From an uncultured virus (IMG/VR IMGVR_UViG_3300044701_003393) (Duplodnaviria > Heunggongvirae > Uroviricota > Caudoviricetes), in the IMG/VR virus record IMGVR_UViG_3300044701_003393: a stretch of DNA of 64,000 nt; one strand, written 5' to 3'. Below the pieces are notes generated by a model. The model made no database searches. It worked only from the letters and a program-made list of their open reading frames with translations, and had not been told where the DNA came from. The first letter of the stretch is position 1. Each line of letters begins with the position of its first letter. Both the position numbers and the translations under genes were made by a program. Below are positions 56,905-64,000 of the stretch, one piece after another.

Positions 56905-57473
56905 GAACGTCCTCCCCATTGAATGTCTGGGTATGCTTCGCTCACGATTTCTTTAGTGATCTTATATTTATCAGTCAACTTCTTATCCTTAACAAGAACC
57001 AACAAATCAGCTTCTCTGGGATGAAGACCTCTAAGAAGATTAATAAACATCATTTCTCTACGGATAGAAGTAAGACTATTATTTCCACCTTTCACATAAT
57101 GATAAAGATTTTGCCATTCTTTACGAAGAGATGTTTTTCCTCTGCCATCAAGATCTTGACCTGTGGCTAACTCACCTCCAGATGCTTCCATCCTAAGATT
57201 TTCAGAAAGAGTTCCTGAATATACAGACTGTTCATCTACGTTTGCATAAGGAACTTCTCCTTCAGGAAGTAGAGAAATAACACTATCATCAAAATTCCAA
57301 ATAAAAATAGCCTTAAGAGAATCATGTTCGTATGTCTTAAGGACTTCTACTTTTTTTGCATTACTTCTTTGCTTTGAGGCAAATTCTAGAACCTCAAATG
57401 CAAATGGATTTACTGGAAGAGTATTAACTGAGTTTTCAGTTGTCTTCTTCCTCGTCTTCGTCGGTGTAGTCAT
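56901..57473 (-). CDS. Conserved T4-like hypothetical protein
   Basis: LPEGEVPY, RREMMFINLL.GLHP.EA. Confidence 0.7.
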   Translation of the reverse strand: MTTPTKTRKKTTENSVNTLPVNPFAFEVLEFASKQRSNAKKVEVLKTYEHDSLKAIFIWNFDDSVISLLPEGEVPYANVDEQSVYSGTLSENLRMEASGGELATGQDLDGRGKTSLRKEWQNLYHYVKGGNNSLTSIRREMMFINLLRGLHPREADLLVLVKDKKLTDKYKITKEIVSEAYPDIQWGGRS

Positions 57474-57666
57474 AATCGTTTTCAAATCTCACTGATACAA
57501 TTTCGTCCGGTATTACTTGTCCGTTTTCATCAAAAAACTCTGGATGTAAATATGGAGGTCTTGATTCAAGTAAATGCCTATATGTTAACCAACCTATTAT
57601 ACTACCTACCATAAAAAAGAGCAAGGTAAACATTACGGTGAATGTAATTACATATGCTGTTTCCAT
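57436..57666 (-). CDS. Small membrane protein
   Basis: N-terminal hydrophobic helix; HPEFFDENG; GGAG RBS. Confidence 0.7.
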   Translation of the reverse strand: METAYVITFTVMFTLLFFMVGSIIGWLTYRHLLESRPPYLHPEFFDENGQVIPDEIVSVRFENDYDYTDEDEEEDN

Positions 57667-57684
57667 TTGTTTTCTCCAGAGAGT

Positions 57685-57915
57685 TTATTTTTTCCTAACA
57701 TCAAAGTGAAATTCTATAAAAAAATGAAACTCTCTACGGAAAAGAGAAATCATTTTACCAAATTTCACTTGAAAAGTCTTTGGTTTTTCTGATTTTCTTC
57801 TCCTATTCCTAAGTAATAACTCAACACCTCTATTAATTTGAGGTTCTGAGTTATTTAGTTTTCTTTTTCCGCCGCCCTGGTTTTTTGTCATGGTCATATT
57901 TCCACGCATCTTCAA
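57685..57915 (-). CDS. Basic hypothetical protein (start uncertain)
   Basis: INRGVELLLRNRR...; 5' part overlaps the upstream gene. Confidence 0.4.
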   Translation of the reverse strand: MKMRGNMTMTKNQGGGKRKLNNSEPQINRGVELLLRNRRRKSEKPKTFQVKFGKMISLFRREFHFFIEFHFDVRKK

Positions 57916-58210
57916 GTATATTATAAAGATAATTTCTTATTTTTCTTGCTTCTGGCTTTGGAATATGTCCGTAACCTTCACGAAGTTGTTTATGGATCTC
58001 GTCAGATCCTCCCTCTAAGTAATCATCTAAGTCCATTACAAGACTACTTATTTCACTTGCGGTTGAGCTTTCAATAAACTCCTTTACTTCTATTCTTTTT
58101 GTTCCGCGAATTTTTAGATAATCATAAAACTTCAATACAAAATGTCCTTGAAAGGCATAGTCGATTGCCTTTTCTACGTCATTATAAATTTCATTAAGAG
58201 TGCTTTCCAT
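57851..58210 (-). CDS. Conserved cyanophage hypothetical protein
   Basis: YLEGG, LREGYGHIPKP.ARKI. Confidence 0.7.
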   Translation of the reverse strand: MESTLNEIYNDVEKAIDYAFQGHFVLKFYDYLKIRGTKRIEVKEFIESSTASEISSLVMDLDDYLEGGSDEIHKQLREGYGHIPKPEARKIRNYLYNILEDAWKYDHDKKPGRRKKKTK

Positions 58211-58446
58211 TAAACCAAATTTTGTTCCTTTAGATATTGAACCGTGTCAGTGCATCCGCCAATATGTTGATCGTTTACAATTACTTGAGGGAAAGTAGAT
58301 CCATGACCAAATTCTGCATAAAATTGATCTCTTGTAAAATCTTTATTAAGTTTATAAACAACATGATCAAGACTTGCTAATTGCAATACTTGTTGTACTT
58401 TAGTGCAATAAGGACAACCTTCTTTGGAATAAACTGTGAACTTCAT
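58210..58446 (-). CDS. Glutaredoxin
   Basis: CPYC, TFPQV, IGG. Confidence 0.92.
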   Translation of the reverse strand: MKFTVYSKEGCPYCTKVQQVLQLASLDHVVYKLNKDFTRDQFYAEFGHGSTFPQVIVNDQHIGGCTDTVQYLKEQNLV

Positions 58447-58466
58447 ATTTCTTATTAATCTGAAAA

Positions 58467-58799
58467 TTATTTAGGATTTACTGGAATTCGTTGATCTTCT
58501 GGTAATTGTTTTTTAACTGGTTGCAAAGGTTGTCTCCCCCTTAAATTATAAGGATCAATACCCTCTGGGATTGGATCATCCCATTTACCACCTAAGTCAA
58601 CAATTTCATTTGTTGGTAATGCTTTTGGTATTTCAATGTCTACCACGGGTCCCATCAAAAACTTATTTCTAGTATAAGTTCTGTTTTGTGGATCAAGAGC
58701 AACCATTGCGAGTGCATCTTCCTCTAATCCACAATCAACAATCTTTCTGCCAGTTTTGGTTTCAATTACAGAAAAATATTCTTCATTGTATTTTTTCAT
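58467..58799 (-). CDS. Hypothetical protein
   Basis: Likely start MKKYNEEYF. Confidence 0.6.
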   Translation of the reverse strand: MKKYNEEYFSVIETKTGRKIVDCGLEEDALAMVALDPQNRTYTRNKFLMGPVVDIEIPKALPTNEIVDLGGKWDDPIPEGIDPYNLRGRQPLQPVKKQLPEDQRIPVNPK

Positions 58800-58908
58800 T
58801 TTTAGAAGTCTTTTGGGTATTATAGGACGCTTGAGGTTTCCTGTAAAGACCAGGCCAAGTATCCCGAATAATCTCAGCAAGTTTATATGGTGTTGTTGAT
58901 GTAATCAT
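58783..58908 (-). CDS. Small hypothetical protein (41 aa)
   Basis: MITSTTPYKLAEIIRDTWPGLYR...; fills the gap after gnd. Confidence 0.55.
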   Translation of the reverse strand: MITSTTPYKLAEIIRDTWPGLYRKPQASYNTQKTSKNEKIQ

Positions 58909-59927
58909 CTAACGTGATGTCCTCCAAACATATACCTCATACCATTTAGAATCTTGGCTGCGAAAGTACCCAGATTGCGTGAATTAAATCTTTCATAAAG
59001 AGCAGTGGTGATAACAGGAGCGGGAACCCCCAGATCCACAGCAGCATTAACCGTCCAGCGACCTTCACCGCTGTCGGATACCCCTCCAGAGAAGTTAGAA
59101 AGCTGTGGGCTGTGGCGCAACACAGAAGCAGTAAGGTCAAGTAACCAAGAACCAACAACGCTACCACGACGCCATAACTCAGCAACCTCAGCAACATCAA
59201 TATCATAGCAGTAACTTTCTGGATCCGCCATAGGGGCAACTTCAGCGTCTCCTTCTCTAACATACTGTGCTCCATTATTAGCATTCTTGATAATGTTAAA
59301 TCCTTCTGCATATGCTTGCATAATACCATACTCAATGCCATTATGCACCATCTTTACAAAATGCCCTGCTCCTGGACCACCACAGTGCAACCAACCGTGC
59401 TCTGCTGAGGTTACAGGTGAGTCAAACTCAGTCCTCTCGGCAGCGTGTACTCCTGGAGCGAGGGCATTAAAAATGCTTTTACAAGTGGCGACTGCAGTAT
59501 CTCCACCGCCAACCATAAGACAGTATCCACGATCCAGACCATAAACACCCCCGCTAGTGCCACAATCAATATATTGGATACCCAACTTTGCCAAACGTTC
59601 TGCTCTCTTCCGACTGTCTTTAAAATTGCTATTGCCATGATCAATAATAATATCTCCTTCACCACAAAATCGTAGTAACTCATTGATTGTTTCCTCTACT
59701 GTTTCGGCAGGAACTACCATCTGGAAAATTCCTGGTTTATTCTCTGTTTTAACAACTCTAACTAAAGTTTCAATCGTTGTCGTAACCCCATTTACATATC
59801 CTTTCTCAAATGCTTCTTTTGCTTTCCCATAGTTCCTGCGGTATCCCCAAACTTCAATACCTGCCTTCATCATACGACGAGACATTCCTTCTCCCATCCG
59901 TCCCAGTCCGATCATTCCTACTTTCAT
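58905..59927 (-). CDS. gnd: 6-phosphogluconate dehydrogenase
   Basis: GLGRMG, GTSGG, KMVHNGIEYG, DSGEGRW. Confidence 0.95.
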   Translation of the reverse strand: MKVGMIGLGRMGEGMSRRMMKAGIEVWGYRRNYGKAKEAFEKGYVNGVTTTIETLVRVVKTENKPGIFQMVVPAETVEETINELLRFCGEGDIIIDHGNSNFKDSRKRAERLAKLGIQYIDCGTSGGVYGLDRGYCLMVGGGDTAVATCKSIFNALAPGVHAAERTEFDSPVTSAEHGWLHCGGPGAGHFVKMVHNGIEYGIMQAYAEGFNIIKNANNGAQYVREGDAEVAPMADPESYCYDIDVAEVAELWRRGSVVGSWLLDLTASVLRHSPQLSNFSGGVSDSGEGRWTVNAAVDLGVPAPVITTALYERFNSRNLGTFAAKILNGMRYMFGGHHVR

Positions 59928-59937
59928 AGTCTTTCTC

Positions 59938-61263
59938 CTATTTTAATTTGAGTGGATAATCCCACTTTGTAATTGCTTTTTCTTCTGGTCCCCAAACACC
60001 TTCCTTATAAGAATAAGGTCTTGTATTAATAGGGCAATAATCTCCCGTACAAAGAAGATCATCAACAATTCGCCAAGACTCCAGCACTTCATCCGCATGA
60101 ACAAAGTGTGATTGATCTTCATTAATCGCATCATAAAACAGTTTCACATAACCATCAATTGCTTTCTCTACAGGATAATGATACTGAAGAAGTGCTGGTT
60201 CTACCATATCATTTAGTCCTGGAGATTTAATATCAATACGCATATCTAGGTGTGGATCTGGTTGTAATCTCATTACAATTCGATCATTACATTCGTGACC
60301 CTCAAACAATTGTTGTGGAGGTGCTTTAAATTTAATCACAACTTCCACACATCCAACTGGCATTTTCTTACCAGTCATAAAGTGAAAAGGAACTCCTTTC
60401 CATCTCCAGTTATCGATATACAACTCACCAGCAACAAAGGTTGGTGTTTGTGAGTCATACTTCACACCTTCCTCACTCTTGTATCCATCATATTGTCCTA
60501 GGACCACATTATCACCTAATCTGGTGGCTGCTAGAACCTTAACTTTCTCTCTACGGATTTCCCTTGCATCATTTCTACAAGGTGGTTCCATAGCAATCAG
60601 TGCCAGAACCTGAAGCATATGGTTCTGGAGCATATCTCTTACGGCACCAGCAGTATCGTAATACTGTGCTCGACCTTCACATCCAATTGTTTCAGTTGCG
60701 AAGATTTGGACTTCCTCTATAAAATTTCGATTCCATAGTGGTTCCAAAAGAATATTGCTAAAACGAGTGGCAAGAATGTTATTAACAGTATCTTTACCAA
60801 GATAATGGTCAATGCGATAAACTTGTTTTTCGCGTAGATATCCAGAAACCACAGATTGTAAATAATTAGCAGATTGAAGATCGGTGCCAAAAGGTTTCTC
60901 AATAATAACTCTAGATTTTTCTGCGTCATCTAACTTACCTGCTTCTTTTAGGTTTGTAATAGCATCAGCATATCGTTCTGGAGGAACTGACAGAAAGTAT
61001 GTCATATCCCCATAATCGTGTAATGACTTAAGAGATTCGGCATCACTTAAATCACAGGGAACATATTCAAGTCTTTTGATAAACTCTTGAGAATAGCTTC
61101 CCAATACTTCTACCCAACTTTCTTTGGTGTGTTGGGTTCTGGAGGCACCGATGATCTTTAGTCCTTTTGGCAAAAGACTTTTCTTATGTAAAGAATACAA
61201 TGCTGGAATCAATTTCTTTTTACAAAGATCTCCAGTTGCTCCGAATATAACTAACCCCTTCAT
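59938..61263 (-). CDS. zwf: Glucose-6-phosphate dehydrogenase
   Basis: GATGDL, EKPFG, RIDHYLGK, RDMLQNH. Confidence 0.95.
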   Translation of the reverse strand: MKGLVIFGATGDLCKKKLIPALYSLHKKSLLPKGLKIIGASRTQHTKESWVEVLGSYSQEFIKRLEYVPCDLSDAESLKSLHDYGDMTYFLSVPPERYADAITNLKEAGKLDDAEKSRVIIEKPFGTDLQSANYLQSVVSGYLREKQVYRIDHYLGKDTVNNILATRFSNILLEPLWNRNFIEEVQIFATETIGCEGRAQYYDTAGAVRDMLQNHMLQVLALIAMEPPCRNDAREIRREKVKVLAATRLGDNVVLGQYDGYKSEEGVKYDSQTPTFVAGELYIDNWRWKGVPFHFMTGKKMPVGCVEVVIKFKAPPQQLFEGHECNDRIVMRLQPDPHLDMRIDIKSPGLNDMVEPALLQYHYPVEKAIDGYVKLFYDAINEDQSHFVHADEVLESWRIVDDLLCTGDYCPINTRPYSYKEGVWGPEEKAITKWDYPLKLK

Positions 61264-61760
61264 ACCAACTCCATTGCTTTTTTAAGTTCAATATAGTGGT
61301 TCATTTCATCTACAGCAATTTGAGAAATCTTTTCATCCTTTGGGTGGAACCAAAGATAGTTTAGATATGTTTCTGTTGCATGAAGTTCAACACCAGCATT
61401 CAGGTGATAAGCAGAAACAGGATCAAGAAGATAATAGACAACCATAACCCAATAGTAGATGAGAACCAAATGATAAGCGAAAAAGCGATCAAACCAGCGA
61501 TCTGCTCCACCACGTAACTCCATTTCCCTGAGGTGTTCCGTTTCATTGACTGTCTGCTCAAAGTGTTCTCTCATTAGATCATAATGCTCTTCTGTTCTAA
61601 GTCCCAGTGATTCTTTTAGATGAAGAACACTTAGAAAAGAAAAATAAGGCGCTCTTGCAATCGTTTCAAGAACCCAAAACCTTTCAATTGGTAATCCATA
61701 ATAAAGAAAATCAATAATTCCTATTGTAATGTTAAGAATAAAATTATTAAACTTCTTCAT
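61260..61760 (-). CDS. Plastoquinol terminal oxidase (PTOX)
   Basis: LETIARAPY, NETEHL, ELHATETY, DEMNH di-iron motifs. Confidence 0.92.
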   Translation of the reverse strand: MKKFNNFILNITIGIIDFLYYGLPIERFWVLETIARAPYFSFLSVLHLKESLGLRTEEHYDLMREHFEQTVNETEHLREMELRGGADRWFDRFFAYHLVLIYYWVMVVYYLLDPVSAYHLNAGVELHATETYLNYLWFHPKDEKISQIAVDEMNHYIELKKAMELV

Positions 61761-62409
61761 TTTTTAGTACCTCATTCCAATCTTTTTGAAACAATTCAAG
61801 ACCTTTTTCAGTCATAATGTTCTTATACATTCCCCAAAATACTGTCGGAGGAATCGTAACTACATCAGCACCAGCAAGAGCGGATTGTTCTACCTGCCTC
61901 ACATCACGAAGAGATGCTGCAAGAATCTGTGTGCTAGTCCCTGAGTAATCAAATGCTTTACGAATATTCTTGATGAGTTCAATACCATCAATCGAATTAT
62001 CCATCCAACGACCAACGAATGGTGAGATATACGTTGCTCCTGCCTTTGAAGCAAGTATTGCTTGTGCTACAGAGAACACCAGAGTTACATTTGTTTTGAT
62101 ACCTTGCTTTGATAAGAAGTTACACGCTTTCAGTCCTTCTACAGTACAAGGAACTTTGATTGTAACTGCTGGTGCAATTGAGTAATACTTTTGTGCTTGT
62201 GAAAGCATTTCCTCTGCTTCATCTGCGACAACTTCTGCGGAAATGCTTTCTAACTCTGGAAATGCTTGTGATATATTTTCGATAACTTCTTTTAATTGTC
62301 TTCCACTTTTAAGAATCAAAGTGGGATTTGTGGTGACTCCATCCAATAGTCCAGTATCATATGCTGAACCAATTAACGAAACATCTGCTGTGTCTAAAAA
62401 GATCTTCAT
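61747..62409 (-). CDS. talC: Transaldolase (TalC)
   Basis: MKIFLDTAD, GVTTNP, NVTLVFS, SPFVGR. Confidence 0.95.
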   Translation of the reverse strand: MKIFLDTADVSLIGSAYDTGLLDGVTTNPTLILKSGRQLKEVIENISQAFPELESISAEVVADEAEEMLSQAQKYYSIAPAVTIKVPCTVEGLKACNFLSKQGIKTNVTLVFSVAQAILASKAGATYISPFVGRWMDNSIDGIELIKNIRKAFDYSGTSTQILAASLRDVRQVEQSALAGADVVTIPPTVFWGMYKNIMTEKGLELFQKDWNEVLKNEEV

Positions 62410-62510
62410 AAAAGAAAAAGAACTCATAAGTAATTATAAGAAGTTATACCTATAATGCACTGTTATGTTTTGATCTGCAAATATATAATACTGAGTTTAA
62501 AGGAGTATCT

Positions 62511-62801
62511 ATGATTACACTCAAAGACTTCTTTTCAAAACTCAGACTTGGATGGTTATACGTATTTGCATCATTTAAATTGTGGTGCAATTATATGAAA
62601 AACGAATCTCAGTTTGACTTTTGGATAGATGGTTTTTATAACTTCGATAATGGTCCAGAAGAACTTGAATTATGTTGGAGTAACTATGAAATTGCAATGA
62701 AAAATCAGAAGAAACCAAGAGGTAGAGGGAAACCAAAATATCCCAATAATATGGAAGGTTTTTTAAAGTGGCAAAGTGAGCGTAAAAACCGTTCAACTTA
62801 A
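62511..62801 (+). CDS. Hypothetical protein
   Basis: AAGGAG RBS; 96 aa. Confidence 0.65.
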   Translation: MITLKDFFSKLRLGWLYVFASFKLWCNYMKNESQFDFWIDGFYNFDNGPEELELCWSNYEIAMKNQKKPRGRGKPKYPNNMEGFLKWQSERKNRST

Positions 62802-62830
62802 TATATAATCTGTACACTCTATTGAAAATT

Positions 62831-62974
62831 ATGAATTCAAAAACATTAGTACTTAAAGTACCAGACACTTACACTGCAGAACAAATTGCAACTTTACTTG
62901 CAAATACTAAATCTCAACTTCCAGAAGTATCAATTGTAGTAGTTCCTCGTGAAGTAGAAATTTCTTGGTTATAA
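62831..62974 (+). CDS. Small hypothetical protein (47 aa)
   Basis: MNSKTLVLKVPDTYTAEQIA...EISWL. Confidence 0.5.
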   Translation: MNSKTLVLKVPDTYTAEQIATLLANTKSQLPEVSIVVVPREVEISWL

Positions 62975-62994
62975 TCTTATTTACATAAATAATC

Positions 62995-63219
62995 TTGCGA
63001 GGAGCAATCCTCTCATTAGAGATAAGATGTATTACTAAAAGATTCCAAAAATGGTTCTTTCATTAATGCTTCATCTCTAATCGGGTAATACAGTCCGATT
63101 TCAAAGAGAAATAATCCCAGACGATTCACCTATGGTCGTCTGTGGGCTCGATTCGTCTGGCATTATGTCAGGGAGGAATTGGATTGTATTGCTCTCCGAT
63201 TAACCTTTAGGAGAAAAAA
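62995..63219 (+). promoter_or_regulatory. Long structured 5' leader / candidate cis-regulatory RNA
   Basis: Follows CATAAATA (62984-62991); multiple hairpins; unusually long apparently non-coding stretch for this window. Confidence 0.55.
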
Positions 63220-63999
63220 ATGGCAGATCCAGTTTATATGCCCGATCCTTGGGCAGCACTCTCAGCACAGCACTCAGACATCCGTAGAGAAGGTTCTGTA
63301 GAGCGTGGTGAGATCCGTTACGATGTTGCTACTCGTTCCGCTGACAACCGTTATGCTAATGCTATCGGTCAAGGCGATATTCGTAGAGAATTAGCAAATG
63401 GTTTTGGTGATACCAGATACGCTATTGCTGAGCATTCAGAAGCAACCAACCGTGATGTTCTGAACGTAGGACATAACACAGCAGTTAAAGTAGACGAAGC
63501 TGCTGATAAAATTCAGCAAAGAGCTACTGATTTCTATATTTCTGGTCAGGCAAGAGATTTTGATCAATCCCGTGATCTTGCTGCTTTAAGAGCAACTCAA
63601 GACCTTGCTGCTCAGAAACTCAGCAGTGAAATTCTTCTTGCCACTGAGAAGACTGCTACTGCTGCTGCACTTGAGTCCGCTAAGGTTGCTGCTGCTGTAG
63701 CACTTGGACAGTCACAACTCAGCAAAGAGATTGCTGAGAGCAAGTATGATCTCAGCAAGCAGGTTTCTTATGAAAATGAGAAGACCCGTGACCTCATCAA
63801 TTCTCTCAAGAATGATGAACTCAATCGTATGCTGATTGAGCGTAACACTGACCTCAACCACTGCCGCCACGACTATTGGGGTGCCAGAGATGGTCTCTTC
63901 AATAGCCAGTTCGCAGCACTGTCTTCACAAGTTAACTCTCAGTTAAATGCTTTAAACAGTCAGATTGCTGAGACCCGTCAGGGTATGGTTAACTTCGGA
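63220..63999 (+). CDS. Ala-rich coiled-coil protein, runs off the window end
   Basis: AGGAG RBS; MADPVYMPDPWAALSAQH...NEKTRDLINSLKNDELNRMLIER...; open to the window end. Confidence 0.8.
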   Translation, partial: MADPVYMPDPWAALSAQHSDIRREGSVERGEIRYDVATRSADNRYANAIGQGDIRRELANGFGDTRYAIAEHSEATNRDVLNVGHNTAVKVDEAADKIQQRATDFYISGQARDFDQSRDLAALRATQDLAAQKLSSEILLATEKTATAAALESAKVAAAVALGQSQLSKEIAESKYDLSKQVSYENEKTRDLINSLKNDELNRMLIERNTDLNHCRHDYWGARDGLFNSQFAALSSQVNSQLNALNSQIAETRQGMVNFG

Positions 64000-64000
64000 A

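Noticed and set aside
58946..60929. Alternative-frame and antisense ORFs within gnd and zwf (and similar short ORFs elsewhere)
   Set aside because: They overlap well-supported genes and show no recognisable motifs.
1..64000. Complete DGR cassette, intron or transposase
   Set aside because: No reverse transcriptase, non-coding template repeat, interrupted gene or transposase motif found by eye.

Overview
AT-rich segment of a T4-like cyanomyophage genome, mostly on the minus strand. (1) 1-31.4 kb is a tail-fibre/virion module. It contains a proline-poor collagen-like protein and an accessory island (about 4.4-21.8 kb) in which three paralogous ~935-aa genes, each of 18 Kelch-like blades (3 x 6), alternate with a sulfotransferase, glycosyltransferase and GT-FkbM methyltransferase fusions, three 2OG-Fe(II) oxygenases and a coiled-coil protein. 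(2) 31.5-33.3 kb holds a Mom-like DNA-modification gene, tRNA-Thr(UGU), tRNA-Leu(UAA) and small ORFs. (3) 33.3-50.7 kb holds baseplate/tail genes (fragmented gp5, CP12, hub, tape-measure/lysozyme-like, gp51, gp26, tail-tube-like, gp4, gp2, gp48, gp53). (4) 50.7-62.4 kb holds gp32, gp59, gp33, exonuclease, phoH, thyX, a tandem glutamine-riboswitch/DUF4278 unit, speD, glutaredoxin, gnd, zwf, PTOX and talC. (5) The window ends in a structured ~225-nt leader before a truncated coiled-coil gene. Main leads: the 54 propeller blades have nucleotide-conserved frameworks but hypervariable loops written largely in NNT/NNC codons (DGR-like, though no RT or template is in the window); the interleaved modification enzymes; a candidate -1 frameshift joining gp26 to gp51; an NtcA box plus riboswitch; and the switch-like terminal leader. 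All assignments come from motif recognition by eye; no searches were run.
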